Shown here one piece after another: positions 10,215-22,426 of a stretch of 64,000 nt of DNA. The notes under the pieces were generated by a model. That model was given only the letters and a program-made list of their open reading frames with translations. It did not search any database and was not told where the DNA came from. Location of the stretch: positions 1 through 64,000 of the forward strand of contig CAWJTV010000004.1 in NCBI GenBank assembly GCA_963845755.1. The letters run 5' to 3'. The position numbers and the translations under genes were made by a program. The stretch's first letter is position 1. The number at the start of each line of letters is the position of its first letter. This DNA comes from an uncultured Planctomycetota bacterium (GTDB lineage Bacteria > Planctomycetota > Planctomycetia > Isosphaerales > Isosphaeraceae).

Positions 10215-12367
10215 TCATCTCGCGGCCGCTCCCGCCGAAACCCCCAGCATCTTGACCAGGAACGCCCACCGGTCGGCGGCCTCTTCGATCAGTTTGGTCG
10301 TCGGCTTACCGGCGCCGTGGCCGGCCTTGGTTTCGATCCGGATCAACACGGGGTTATCGCACGCCTGGGCCGCCTGGAGTGCGGCGGCGAACTTGAAGCT
10401 GTGGGCCGGGACGACGCGGTCGTCGTGGTCGGCCGTCGTGATCAGGGTCGGCGGGTAGCAGGTGCCCGGCTTGAGGTTATGCAGCGGGCTGTAGGCGAGG
10501 AGTGTCCGGAACTGCTCGGGGTCGTCGGACGACCCGTAATCGTTGACCCAGGCCCAACCGATCGTGAACTTGTGGAATCGGAGCATATCCATCACGCCCA
10601 CGGCCGGCATCGCGGCGCCATAGAGATCCGGGCGCTGGGTCATGCAGGCCCCGACCAGGAGGCCGCCATTGGACCCGCCCGCGATGGCCAGCCTGGTCCT
10701 CGTCGTGTACTGATTGGCGACCAGCCACTCCGCCGCGGCGATGAAGTCGTCGAAGACGTTCTGCTTCTTGAGCTTGGTGCCGGCCTGGTGCCAGTCCTCG
10801 CCGAATTCGCCCCCGCCGCGGAGGTTGGGCACGGCGTAGAGCCCGCCCAGCTCCATCCAGGCCAGGACGGACGGGCTGAAGCTCGGCGTCAATGAGACGT
10901 TGAATCCGCCGTAGCCGTAGAGCAAGGTCGGGTTCGAGCCGTCCCGCTTCAGCCCTTTCTTGTGGCTGAGGAACATCGGGATCCGGGTCCCGTCCTTGCT
11001 CGGGTAGAAGACTTGTGTCGTCTCATAATGAGCCGGGTCGAACTTCAGCCGGGGCTGCCGCCAGACCGAGCTCTGGCCGCTAGTCACGTCGTATCGGTAG
11101 ATGGTCGAAGGCGTGGTGACGGACGTGAACGCATAGAACGTCTCCCGGTCCTTCCGCTTCCCAGCGAAGCCCGCCGCCGTGCCCAGGCCGGGGAAGGCGA
11201 CGTCGCGCACGTGCTGCCCGTTCAGGTCGAACACCCGGACGACCGTGTGGGCATCCTTCAGGTAAACGGCGAGGAAATAGTCGGCGACGACGTGGACCTC
11301 CTCGAGCGTCTCGGTGGCTTCCGGGATCAAGACCCTCCAGTGCTCCGGTTCGGGGCGACGCGTGTCGATCGCGATGACCTTCCCACGCGCCGCGTCCTTG
11401 TTGGTCTTGAACCAGAAGACCGGCCCATCGTTGTCGATGAACTCGTACTCGGCGTCGAACTCGCCGACCAGATGAATCGGTTGGACGTCGGGCTGGTCGA
11501 GGGGCCGGTAGAGGATCCGGTATCTGGCATCGGTCCCCTTCTCGATGGTGAAGATCAGGAACCGGCCGTCATCCGAGACGTGGGGGTTGGCGCGCGAGTC
11601 CTTGTGCTCCGGATCCTCCCAGACCAGCCGATCCGCGGACTGGTCAGTCCCCATCCGGTGGTAGTACACCTTCTGATAGTAATTGGCCCCTTTGAGGTCC
11701 TCGCCGGCTTTCGGCTCGGGGAAGCGTCCGTAGAAGAAGCCTTTTCCGTCGGGAGTCCACTCGGTGCCGGAGAACTTGATCCACTTCAGATGATCGGGGT
11801 AATCCTGTCCGGTGGCGACGTCGCGGACCTTCCACTCATTCCAGTCCGATCCGGCGGCGGCCAGTCCGTACGCCAGCAGTCGTCCGTCGTCGCTCACGGC
11901 GGTCCCCGCCAGGGCCACGGTGCCGTCGGCCGAGAGGGTGTTGGGATCGAGGAGGATCCGCCCGGGACCGTCCAGGGAGTCGCTCGTGTAGAGGACGCCC
12001 TGGTTTTGAAGGCCCGTATTGAAGGCGTAGAAGTAGCGTCCTCCCTCCTGCCGGGTGCGCCGGTCTTCTCGTAGTCCCAGAGGGCGGTCAGACGCTCGCG
12101 GATCGCCACGCGAGCGGGGATCGATTCCAGGAAAGCGAAGGTGATCCGGTTCTCCGCCTCGACCCAGCTCCTTGTCGCCTCGGCGTCGGGATCTTCGAGC
12201 GGCCGATACGGGTCTTGGATCCGCCGGCCGTGGTAGTCGTCCGCCGTCTCCGAGCGGGGTGCTTCGGGATATCGGGACACTCGATGAATCTCGTCCCCAC
12301 TCGACGGTGCGCCGCTCATGATCAAGATCGCTCCCAGGATCGCCGTGATTCGTCCGTTGTTTACCAT
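10215..12367 (-). CDS. Prolyl oligopeptidase (S9A), frameshift near 12060
   Basis: DPYRPLED N-terminus, YGYGGF, GGSNGG, DHDDRV, KAGHG catalytic triad. Confidence 0.92.
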
Positions 12368-12448
12368 GGTTCCCTCGTCGTTCTTTCGTATCAAGAGCCG
12401 CCCGGAGCGGCCCGCGGTCCGAATGCCGTATCGGGGTGCGTATGCCGA

Positions 12449-13799
12449 TCACTCCGGAAGGGCGTTCCCCCGGGTTTCGGGCGCGAAGATCAAGAGGAGC
12501 AAGCCGACCATGAACAAGCTCGAGATGGCGACGACGGCCCAGCGCAGGCCGAACAGCTCGCCCAGCTTCCCGCGGATCACCAGGACGACAGCACCCAGGA
12601 CCCGGCCGAGGTTGAAGCAGACGCTCGAGCCGGTGGCCCTCAGACGAGTCGGGAAGAGTTCGGGGAAATAGATCGCATAGCCCGCGTGCATCCCCAGGAC
12701 GAAGAAGGCCATGATGGAGAGCAGCCCGAGGGCCTGGGGATAGGTCCGTGCGCCGAGGAAGGTCAGGGGGGCGAAGATCGCCGCTCCCACGTGATACACG
12801 GCGAAGGCGAATCGCCGGCCGCGCCAGTTGGCCAGGGGCGCGAACGCGAGCAAGCCGAGGATCCCTCCCGTAAAGTTCATTAACAAGTACGCCAAGTACG
12901 CCAGGCTCGACGCCGACTGGCGGGCCTCGGGCGAGGCGGACTCGCCCAGCGTTAACCGGGCCAGCTCCGGGCCCCAGGCGAAGGCGCCCCAGTAGGTCCC
13001 CAGCCCGACCGTGGCCAGCCCGAGACCTAGCAGCGCCCGGGATCGCCAGGGCCCCGGGCCGAACAACTCGGCGAGATCGGCGGTCTGTTTCGGGGGGATG
13101 TCCGCGACCTCCGGCCCGGCTCCGACGGCGGCGTCATCGGGGATCCCCGACTTCCCGCGGCGTCCCGGATCGTCCTCGGTTGACCAGGGCTTCGGCTCCC
13201 GGAGGCTGATCCGGATCCAGAGCACCATCAAGGCCGGCGCCAGTCCCACGACGAACGCCCATGCGCCACAAGTCCTCACGGGTGAAGACCAGGCCGGTCA
13301 GCGCGGCCAGCCCCACGCCGATGACGCTCGAGGCGTGGAACAGTCCGGAGGCCGTGGCCCGGGCGCGGGGCGGGAACGTCTCGGCCACCAGCGCCGCGGC
13401 GACCGCCCATTCGCCCCCGGTCCCCACCGCGACCAGGAACCGCAGCAGGTGGACTTGCCACAACGAATGGACCAGGGCCGTCAACGCGGAGAACACCGAG
13501 TACACCAGGATCGTCGCCGACATGATCCGCACCCGGCCGTAACGGTCGCCGAGCATGCCGAAGAACAGGCCCCCGGCCGCCCCGCCCAGCAAGAAGGCCG
13601 CGAACCCGATATTCGCCTGCCAGTCGATCGAAACCGCGTCGCCGCCGGTCAGCTCGGTCAGCATCGGCGTCTTGAAGATCGTGAAGAGCTGACCCTCGTA
13701 GACGTCGAAGACCCAGCCGGCCGAGGCCACCGCCAGGATGATCCACTGACCGGCGGCCAGGCCGTGATACCATCGCGGACCTTGATCGGATGTAAGCAT
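12449..13799 (-). CDS. MFS transporter (frameshift near 13270)
   Basis: GWVFDVYE, GDRYGR motif A, GGEWAVAAALVAETFP, PELFPTRLRATG. Confidence 0.85.
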
Positions 13800-13825
13800 G
13801 TGACGATTTCTCGGGAGCGGCGTTC

Positions 13826-15322
13826 TCAGGGTCGCTGGGCCATCTCGAGCGAGTCGGCGCGGAGGCTCGAATGACGGCGGGAGTAACCGAAGTAAATGAG
13901 AAGCCCCAGCACCAGCCAGATGAAGAGTCGCAGCCAGTTCTCGGGGCCGAGGAAGAACATCATGCCGCCGTTGACCAGGATTCCCAGGGTGGAGACGACG
14001 GGGACCATCGGCGTGCGAAAGGGGCGGGGCATGCCGGGATCGCTGACCCTGAGGATCCAGACGGCCGCCGAGACGACCACGAACGCGAACAGGGTGCCGA
14101 TGCTGACCAGGTCGGCGAGGAATCCCAGGGGCGCCAGCGCGGCCGCGGTCGCGACGACCACGCCGACCAGGATCGTCGATTTCCACGGGGTCTTGAAGCG
14201 GGGATGGACCGCCGCGAAAAAGCCGTGGGGCAGCAGCCCATCCCGGGCCATCGCCAGGAGGATGCGCGGCTGGCTCAGGTTGCCGACCAGGAGCGAGCTG
14301 GTCATGCCCGCGAGGATACCCAGCGTGATCAGGCCGCCGGCAAAGTTGAGCCCCTTGGCATGCAGCGCCGCGGCGAGCGGTGCCTGGATATCGATCTCGC
14401 GATACGGGATCATCCCGGTCAAGACGGCCGCGACCGCCACGTAAAGGGTGGTGCAGACCGCCAGCGCGCCCATGATCCCGATCGCCAGGTCGCGTTGCGG
14501 ATTGCGAGCCTCCTCGGCGTTGGTCGAGATCGAGTCGAACCCAATATAGGCGATGAAGATCCGGCCCGCCCCCTCCGCGACGCCATGCCACTGCTCCTTC
14601 TCGTGCAAGAACGGCCGCCAGTTCTTCGGGTCCACGTAGGTCGCGCCGATGCCGATCACCGTCACGATCACCACGATGTTCAGCAACACCATCACCGTGT
14701 TGAACCCCGCGCTCTCCCGGATCCCGATCACCAGGACCACGGTCACGGCCGCCGTGATCAAGATCGCCGGCAGGTCGAACCAGGCTTGCACGATCCGCCC
14801 GTCGGCCAGGGTCACCTTCTTCAGCAAGAACACCTTGTCTTCGATGTTGAAGTCCCAGGGAGCCGACTTGAGCCGAGGGTCGATCGCGATGTGGAAAACC
14901 CCGCGCAAGAACGAGTCGAGGTAGTTGGACCAGCCGGCGGCGACGAAGCTCGACCCGATGGCATATTCGAGGATGAGGTCCCAGCCGATGACCCAGGCGA
15001 GCAGCTCGCCGAGGGTCGCGTAGGCGTAGGTATACGCACTGCCGGCCACGGGCACCATGCTGGCCAGCTCCGAATAGCAGAGCGCCGCGAACCCGCAGCC
15101 GATGGCCGCCAGCAGGAACGAGAGGACCAGCGACGGCCCGGCGAACCCCTTGGCGACGACGCCGGTCTGGACGTAGAGCCCCGTACCGATCGTCGCTCCG
15201 ATGCCGAGTCCCATCAGGGCCACCGGCCCGAGCCGCCGGCGCAACCGCTCCCCCTGGTTCATCTCACCAATCAACTGCGCGACATCTTTCCGACGAAACA
15301 GGCTGGACGAAAACCATCCCAT
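13826..15322 (-). CDS. Amino acid permease (APC family)
   Basis: GIGATIGTG, CYSELASMVPVAGSAYTY, GFDSIST.AEE, RPFRTP. Confidence 0.9.
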   Translation of the reverse strand: MGWFSSSLFRRKDVAQLIGEMNQGERLRRRLGPVALMGLGIGATIGTGLYVQTGVVAKGFAGPSLVLSFLLAAIGCGFAALCYSELASMVPVAGSAYTYAYATLGELLAWVIGWDLILEYAIGSSFVAAGWSNYLDSFLRGVFHIAIDPRLKSAPWDFNIEDKVFLLKKVTLADGRIVQAWFDLPAILITAAVTVVLVIGIRESAGFNTVMVLLNIVVIVTVIGIGATYVDPKNWRPFLHEKEQWHGVAEGAGRIFIAYIGFDSISTNAEEARNPQRDLAIGIMGALAVCTTLYVAVAAVLTGMIPYREIDIQAPLAAALHAKGLNFAGGLITLGILAGMTSSLLVGNLSQPRILLAMARDGLLPHGFFAAVHPRFKTPWKSTILVGVVVATAAALAPLGFLADLVSIGTLFAFVVVSAAVWILRVSDPGMPRPFRTPMVPVVSTLGILVNGGMMFFLGPENWLRLFIWLVLGLLIYFGYSRRHSSLRADSLEMAQRP

Positions 15323-15607
15323 CCGGATCTTCCCCTGGTGAGCGAATCGGATCGCGCGGGAGCCGCGGGCCGGGCCCGGACGGGAGAGGCCGGAACGGCG
15401 ATGCGGGTTCCTTCCGCACACATCAACGACGGGCACTCGGACCGAACGCGACCCCAGCGTACGACACGCGAAGGCCGTACGTAAAGGGACTCGACCCGAC
15501 GTATTCCGCAACCCAGTCGGTAGAGCGGACTCTTCCGCCGGCCTTGCGGAGCCGACTACAATCGGGACACCTCGTCTCCCTCCCAACACGCCTGGGGATC
15601 GACGACC

Positions 15608-16798
15608 ATGGGAACCGACCTGAACGGCAAATCCTCGACTCGCCTCGGTTCGCTCGACGCCTACCGGGGATTCGTGATGCTGGCGATGGCCTCGGGAGGC
15701 GCCGGCGCGCTGGCCGGGCTCGCCGGCAGCGGCGAGACGTTCGCATCCAACCTGGTCCGGATCCTCCACCAGCTCGACCACGTCGCGTGGCGGGGCTGTG
15801 TCTTCTGGGACCTGATCCAGCCGTCGTTCATGTTCATGGTCGGCGTGGCGATGCCATTCTCCCACGCCAGCCGCGTCGGCCGGGGCGAGACCTGGGCGAA
15901 GATGTTCGGCCACGCTTTGCTGCGATCCGTGATCCTGGTCGTGCTGGCGGTCTTCCTGGCTTCGAACTGGAGCCGGCAGACGAACTACACGTTCGTCAAC
16001 GTGCTGGGACAGATCGGGCTGGGCTACACGTTCGTCTTCCTGCTGCTCGGCCGGAGCCCGGCCGTCCAGTTCGGAGCCGCGGTCGCGATCCTCGCCGCCT
16101 TTTGGCTGCTCTTCGCCGCCTACCCGCTCCCGGACTCCGATTTTCCCTTCGCCAGATACGGCGCCGGCGAACCGGGCACCACCATGACGGGCTTCTTCGC
16201 CCACTGGAACAAGAACGCGAACGTCGCGGCCGCGTTCGACCGATGGTTCCTCAATCTCTTCCCCCACCCGCCCGGACAACCGTTCCTCTTCAGCGAGGGG
16301 GGTTATGCGACGTTGAACTTCATCCCATCGATGGCGACCATGATCTTCGGCGTGCTGGCCGGTGAATGGCTCCGATCCTGGCGCGAGCCGATGGCCAAGC
16401 TCCGGACCTTGCTCGTGGCCGGCGCCGCGTGCCTGGCGATTGGTCTGCTCATGGACGCGACGGTCTGCCCGATCGTCAAGCGGATCTGGACCCCTTCCTG
16501 GACCATCTACTCGACCGGCTGGACCCTCTGGATGCTCGCGGCGTTCTATGCCGTCATCGATCTGGCCGGATATCGTCGCTGGTCGTTCCCGCTGGTCGTC
16601 GTCGGCATGAACTCGATCGCCATTTACATGATGTCGCAGCTCTTGAAGCCGTACGTGGCGTCGACGCTCCGAATCCATTTCGGCCAGGACATCTTCGCCG
16701 GGCCTTATGGTCCGCTGGTCCGGGCGTCCTCGACACTGCTGGTATTCTGGCTGATCTGTTTCTGGATGTACCGGCAGAAGATCTTCGTCAAGATTTGA
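15608..16798 (+). CDS. DUF5009 / HGSNAT-like (NagX-type) membrane acyltransferase
   Basis: RLGSLDAYRG, WDLIQPSFMFMVG, PIVKRIWTPS, GMNSI. Confidence 0.8.
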   Translation: MGTDLNGKSSTRLGSLDAYRGFVMLAMASGGAGALAGLAGSGETFASNLVRILHQLDHVAWRGCVFWDLIQPSFMFMVGVAMPFSHASRVGRGETWAKMFGHALLRSVILVVLAVFLASNWSRQTNYTFVNVLGQIGLGYTFVFLLLGRSPAVQFGAAVAILAAFWLLFAAYPLPDSDFPFARYGAGEPGTTMTGFFAHWNKNANVAAAFDRWFLNLFPHPPGQPFLFSEGGYATLNFIPSMATMIFGVLAGEWLRSWREPMAKLRTLLVAGAACLAIGLLMDATVCPIVKRIWTPSWTIYSTGWTLWMLAAFYAVIDLAGYRRWSFPLVVVGMNSIAIYMMSQLLKPYVASTLRIHFGQDIFAGPYGPLVRASSTLLVFWLICFWMYRQKIFVKI

Positions 16799-16837
16799 GG
16801 GAAGGCTCTCGCCGACTCGGACACGAATCCTCGGGCA

Positions 16838-17173
16838 TCACTCCACTGCGAATCCCGTATATGGACGCATGTCGGCCGGGTGAAAACCCAGCACGATGTC
16901 TTCTTGGGGGATGCCCGCCGCGATCAGTTCATCGGCGACCGGCCGATTCGTGCCATCATGCTGGATCCAGACCTTCCCGTTGATGATGTCGATGTGCACG
17001 ACCGATCCATGGACCCGGCGCTGGTCATCCCACCCCACGAGCATGACCTCATAGTGATCCCGGTCGCGATCCACGATCGCCTCGGTAGCGATCTGGCCAT
17101 TCGACGGCTTCGCGTCCGCGTAGTCCTCGATCACTCGGCGGACGATCCCGCGGTATTGGTCGACTCGATCCAT
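16838..17173 (-). CDS. xisI: XisI family protein
   Basis: DHYEVMLVGW..RVHGSVVHIDIINGKVWIQHDGT...DIVLGFHP. Confidence 0.9.
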   Translation of the reverse strand: MDRVDQYRGIVRRVIEDYADAKPSNGQIATEAIVDRDRDHYEVMLVGWDDQRRVHGSVVHIDIINGKVWIQHDGTNRPVADELIAAGIPQEDIVLGFHPADMRPYTGFAVE

Positions 17174-17580
17174 TGGACGATCCTCGGTTGGCGATGATCA
17201 AAAACCAGGAGTCGCAGGCCGAGACGTGTGACGATGCGGTGCCCGAACTTCTGCGAAAGCAAGCCCTCATAAACCCGGACCGGGACAGCCATGTAGATCT
17301 GACGGTCTGGCTTCGCCGCCGCCATGATCGTTTCATAGACCTTATACTGTCCCACCGCCTCCTCCAGGTCGCGCAAGGGGGACGGGTTGAGGAAACTCTG
17401 AATCTCCACGGCGATCTTTCGTCCGGCTTTCTCGGCGGCCAGCGTCTGACGCTCCGCGCCGAGGTTGACATAGATATTCTGATCGCCGTATTCAACCCGC
17501 AGCGGGTCATCGGTGATCGTCCAACCGTCCGCGATCAACGCTTGAACGACAGCGTCGTGATAGATGTTCCTGGCGGGCAC
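17131..17580 (-). CDS. xisH: XisH family protein
   Basis: MPARNIYHDAV..AL..DGWTITDDP, LGAE..LAAEK, KIAVEIQSF, AVGQY. Confidence 0.9.
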   Translation of the reverse strand: MPARNIYHDAVVQALIADGWTITDDPLRVEYGDQNIYVNLGAERQTLAAEKAGRKIAVEIQSFLNPSPLRDLEEAVGQYKVYETIMAAAKPDRQIYMAVPVRVYEGLLSQKFGHRIVTRLGLRLLVFDHRQPRIVQWIESTNTAGSSAE

Positions 17581-17793
17581 GGCTCGCTCACGACTCTAAA
17601 GACCACGGATTGATCCCACGACGCCTTTCGTGATTCAACGATTATACCATCTCGCACCGACCTTCAAGGCGCCTTGGCCACTCAATTGACCGGGCCATGT
17701 GGGAAGGATATACCGCTTTATTGAGAATAACTTCGCGCGCCGACAAATCAGAGCTACTCCAAGTCAAGTCCGTCCTACACGAGGAATGCAGCC

Positions 17794-20700
17794 ATGCTTC
17801 CATGCACCGTTTTCGTGCGGGGCCGATCCGCACGGGTCGTCGTACTGAGCCTGATCGTTCTGGCCGCGGCACGAACGGGCCTGGCCCAAGGGCAGCCGGC
17901 GGCTCAGCCCGCGTCGCGCGAGCAACAGATCAAGGACTTCGAGCGGCAGCTCGAGGATCTGAAGAAGAAGCTCGATGAGTTGAAGGCCCCGGCGACGACG
18001 AAGGCATCCACCGAGTTGCGACTGGCTCCGGAGTGGGTCAAGGCGATGCGATGGCGGTCGATCGGTCCGGCGAACATGGGGGGGCGGATCGTTGCCATCT
18101 CGGTGTTCGAGGCCGACCCCTGCACCTGGTGGGTGGCGACCGCGGGCGGCGGCCTGCTCAAGACCATGAACAATGGGATCACGTTCGAGCATCAATTCGA
18201 CAAGGAAACGACCGTCGCCATCGGCGACGTCCGCGTGGCCCCGTCCGACGGCAAGATCGTCTGGGTCGGCACCGGCGAGAATAACCCGCGGAACTCGGTG
18301 TCTTATGGCGATGGCGTCTATAAGTCGACGGACGGCGGCAAGACCTGGAAGAACATGGGCCTGCAGGAGACCTTCCAGATCGGCCGGATCCTCGTTCATC
18401 CCAGGAACCCGGACGTGGTCTATGTCGGGGCGCTGGGACGGCTCTATGGGCCCAATCCCGATCGCGGGCTTTTCAAGACGACCGATGGCGGCAAGACCTG
18501 GAACAAGGTCCTCTTCGTGGACGACAAGACCGGTGTCATCGACATGCGGATGCATCCGTCCGACCCCGAGACGCTGCTGGTCGCGACCTACGAGCGTGAG
18601 CGGGATCTCTACGACACGAATGACCCCTCCAAGAAGTGGGGTCCGGGCGGCGGCCTCTACAAGACGACCGACGGCGGCAAGACGTTCAAGAAACTGAAGC
18701 AGGGGTTGCCCACGGCGCAGCTCGGCCGGATCGGGCTGGACTGGTACCGCAAGGACCCGAACGTGGTCTTCGCCATCATCGAGTCGGAGAAGATCGGCAT
18801 GGGTCCCCCGGGTGCGAAGCCCGCGGGCAACGGCTACCTGGGCATCGCCGCTCGTACCGAGGAGGATAAGACCGAGATCACCACGGTCGCCCCGGACAGC
18901 CCGGGCGCCAAGGCCGGTCTCAAGGTCGGCGATGCCCTCCTGGCGGTCGGCGACCAGCCGGTCCGGGACTACCGGGAGTTCCTGATGGAGATGCAGGAAC
19001 TTTCCGTCGGGGACAAGATCAAGCTCAAGGTCGGCCGGGGTTCGGAGACGCTCAACGTGGAGCTCACGGCCGCCGAGCGCCCGGCTGGCGGACGTGGCCC
19101 GGGTGGAGGAGGCGGAGGGTTTGGCGGTGGCGGCGGGCGGGGCGGAGCGGATCCGACCCATCCGTTCGGCGCCTCGCTGGGCGGCCAGCGGGAGAACGTC
19201 CAGAACCGCCAGACTCCCGATGGCCATCTCTACGGCGGCATCTATCGGTCGGCCGATGCCGGCGAGACCTGGACCCGGATCAACAGCCTCAACCCCCGGC
19301 CCATGTACTTCAGCCAGGTCCGCGTGGATCCGAGCGACGAGAAGTACCTCTACGTCCTGGGCGTCTCGCTCTACCGGTCGTCCAACGGCGGCAAGACGTT
19401 TCGCAGCGACGGCGGCCGGGGTGTCCACGCCGACCACCACGCGCTCTGGATCGACCCGCGCGACGGCCGGCACATGCGCCTCGGCGGCGACGGCGGCCTC
19501 TATGTGACCTGCGATCGGATGGAGCGCTGGGACCATCTCAACCACGCGGCCATCGGGCAGTTCTACCACGTGGCCATCGACACGACGCGCGACTACAAGG
19601 TCTACGGCGGACTCCAGGACAATGGAAGCTGGGGCGGTCCCAGCCGCACCCACAACGGCGCCGGCCCGATCAACGAGGACTGGGTCTCCGTCGGCGGCGG
19701 TGACGGCTTCAAATGCCAGGTCGATCCCAACGACCCCGACCAGATCTATTACACCAGCCAGAACGGCGCCATGGGACGCAGGAACTTCCGCACCGGAGAA
19801 TCCGCCTCGATTCGCCCGCAAAATGCAGGCGGCCCGCAACGCCAGGGACAGAATCCCCCCGCGGGCGGGCCCGCGCAGGGCCCTCCGGGGCGGGGCCAGT
19901 CGCGTTACCGGTTCAACTGGAACACGCCGTTCATCCTCTCGCATCACAACTCGCGGATCTTCTATGCGGCGGGGAACGTCGTGTTCCGCTCGCTGGACCG
20001 CGGCAACGACCTGCGTGCGATCTCCCCGAACATCACCCGGACCGACAAGGGGAGCGCCACGGCGCTGGCCGAGTCGCCGCGAAATCCCAACATCGTCTAC
20101 GTCGGCACCGACGATGGTGCCCTCTGGATGACCAAGGACGGTGGCGCGACCTGGACCGACATCGTCAAGAACGTCGGGCTCGCCAAGCCCTGCTACGTGG
20201 CGACGATCGAGGCCTCGCGCTATGCGGAAGGGCGGGCCTACGTCACCTTCGACGGGCATCGCTCCGACATCGACGACCCCCTGGTCTACGTGACCGAGGA
20301 CCTGGGCAAGACCTGGAAGCCCTTGCGGGCGAACCTGCCGCGGGGTTCGTCGCGCTGCCTGCGCGAGGACATCAAGAACGGCGATTTGCTCTACCTCGGC
20401 ACGGAGTTCGGGTTCTGGGTCTCGCTCGATCGCGGCGAGTCCTGGAGTTCCTTGAACACGAACCTGCCGACGGTCGCCGTCCTCGACGTGGCGATCCACC
20501 CGACGGCCGGCGAGCTCGTCGCGGCGACGCACGGGCGCAGCCTTTGGGTCCTCGACGTGAGTCCGCTCCGCGAGACGACGCGCGAGGTGGCCAAGGCCGA
20601 CGTCCACCTCTACAAGCCGACCTCCGCGGTCCGATGGCGGAGCGCCGCCAGTCACGGGGGTACGAACCGCCGGTTCGAGGGTCAGAATCCCTCCGCCGGC

Positions 20701-21283
20701 GCGATGATCGACTATACCCTGGCCAGGAAGGCGGCCAAGCTCAGCCTTAAGATCGTGGATGTGAACGGGGCCACCGTGAGCGAACTGAGGGCCGCGGGCG
20801 AACCCGGCCTGCACCGGGTCGTCTGGAACTTGACGCGTGGGGCCGCTCAAGGAGCCGGCCCGGGATTCCGCGGCGGTCTCGGGGGAGGCCAGGCCCGCGG
20901 CGGCGGCTGGCGGTGGTCGGGACACACGCCGCGGCTGCCACGGGAACCGGACCGCGTCAGGCCGGTACCCCGGCAACACCTGGTGGATCAGCTCGAGCGA
21001 CCAGCGGCGCGGCGCTGCCGGCGCGGCCTCCGGCGAGAGCGAGTCGGGCGAGCCGGTGCCTCAGCTCCGCTTCGCCCGGCTTCAACCCGTTCCCCCCGGA
21101 TCCTACCGCGTCGTGCTGACCGTCAACGGCAAGGACTTCACCCAGACCGTCCGCGTCGAGCCCGACCCGAACGCGCCCTACCTCGAACTCGCCGCGGACG
21201 ATGATGAGGAGCAGGATGAGGACGAGGAGATGCCGGATGAAGAGGGTGAAGAAGAGAAAGAGAACGACCCGATCATCCGTTGA
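17794..21283 (+). CDS. Secreted VPS10/BNR-repeat beta-propeller protein with inserted PDZ domain (frameshifts near 20900)
   Basis: WRSIGPANMGGR, repeated STDGGKTW, HADHHALW, GGLQDNG; VAPDSPGAKAGLKVGD PDZ; acidic tail in shifted frame. Confidence 0.85.
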
Positions 21284-21454
21284 TCGATGATGGGAGACCC
21301 AGGTTCTGCCGCTTGCGGGACGTGAGTCGCGATCCGGGAATCACCAGCTTCTGGTAGAATTGACACCCGTCTCGCCGGGAAAAGCCGCCGGGATGCGTGT
21401 CCTTGCGCCCCGCGGAGAGCTGCCGAGGAGCCGGCCGGAATATAGGAGTAACCG

Positions 21455-22237
21455 ATGTCCACGATCACACGAACGCGACCCAGAGCGATTCCGAGATCCC
21501 CGGCGCCCCCCGAGGGAGTCGGTCCTTCTTCGTGCAGCGATCGACGGATCGTCTTCCGCGGGGTGGACTGGCACACCTACCGCCAGCTCTCGGAATCGCT
21601 CGGCGACGACCAGCACGTCCATCTGATCTACGATGGAAAGGATCTGGAGATCATGGTCATCGGCAACATCCACGATATTCTCAAAGATATCATCAGCAAG
21701 ATCGTGAACGCCTTGGCCATGGGCCTGGACGTGGACTGTCTCGGTTCCGGCCAGGCGACCTGGAGAACGATGATTCGCGGCCTGGAGGCGGACCTGTCTT
21801 ACTACTTCGATGCAGAGAAGATCCGCGTGGCACAGGAAGCCTGGGTCCGCGACTCGAGGGACTCGAACGACTTTCCCCACCCCGACATGGCGGTCGAGAT
21901 CGACCTGTCTCCTCCTGAAGTCGATCGGCCGGCGATCTATCGAGATCTCCGAGTCGTCGAGGTCTGGAGGTTTGTCCGGGGCGAGACGCTCATTATCGAG
22001 CAGCTCCAGCCGGACGAGTCGTATGCTGCGGTCGAGGAAAGCCGGTTCCTGCGGGTCCGCTCCGGGGACGTCCTTCGGTGGGTGAAGGCGGCGGCCACGG
22101 AGCGCCCCTCGGTCTGGAACCGTCTCCTGAATCAATGGGCCATGGGGTTGAGGCGCCGGGCAGCGCCCGGCCGGCGTCGTGCGGGTAAGTCTCCCGCGAA
22201 GCGGAAGACCAAGGGCAACGGGAAGAAGGTAAACTAG
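21455..22237 (+). CDS. Uma2 family (DUF820) endonuclease-like protein
   Basis: GVDWHTY, YDGKDLEIM, GLEADLSYY, PDMAVEID, EVWRF. Confidence 0.85.
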   Translation: MSTITRTRPRAIPRSPAPPEGVGPSSCSDRRIVFRGVDWHTYRQLSESLGDDQHVHLIYDGKDLEIMVIGNIHDILKDIISKIVNALAMGLDVDCLGSGQATWRTMIRGLEADLSYYFDAEKIRVAQEAWVRDSRDSNDFPHPDMAVEIDLSPPEVDRPAIYRDLRVVEVWRFVRGETLIIEQLQPDESYAAVEESRFLRVRSGDVLRWVKAAATERPSVWNRLLNQWAMGLRRRAAPGRRRAGKSPAKRKTKGNGKKVN

Positions 22238-22426
22238 CCGCCGTGAGGTGTGGTACGTCGGTGGGGTCTGAGGGCGGTTTCTCGGTTATTTTCCAGGATC
22301 TGTCGACGATGATCCGCGACGCGCTCAACCGGCCGCATCTCGTCAGCACGGGTCGGCCGATCGCGGCCCTGGTTGGTTGATGACGGCTGGAATGATTTTC
22401 GGGCTTACCACGGGAGCATCCGTCCC

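Noticed and set aside
12884..12902. 9-bp tandem duplication (LAYLAY) in the MFS gene
   Set aside because: Small in-frame duplication with no evident consequence
15323..16678. N-terminal extension of the permease to 950 aa
   Set aside because: Antisense to the DUF5009 gene; the real start is near 15322
17764..20979. 1071-aa minus-strand ORF and similar long antisense ORFs (4480-5490, 6555-7958, 26408-28339)
   Set aside because: Shadow frames of real GC-rich genes with no recognisable motifs
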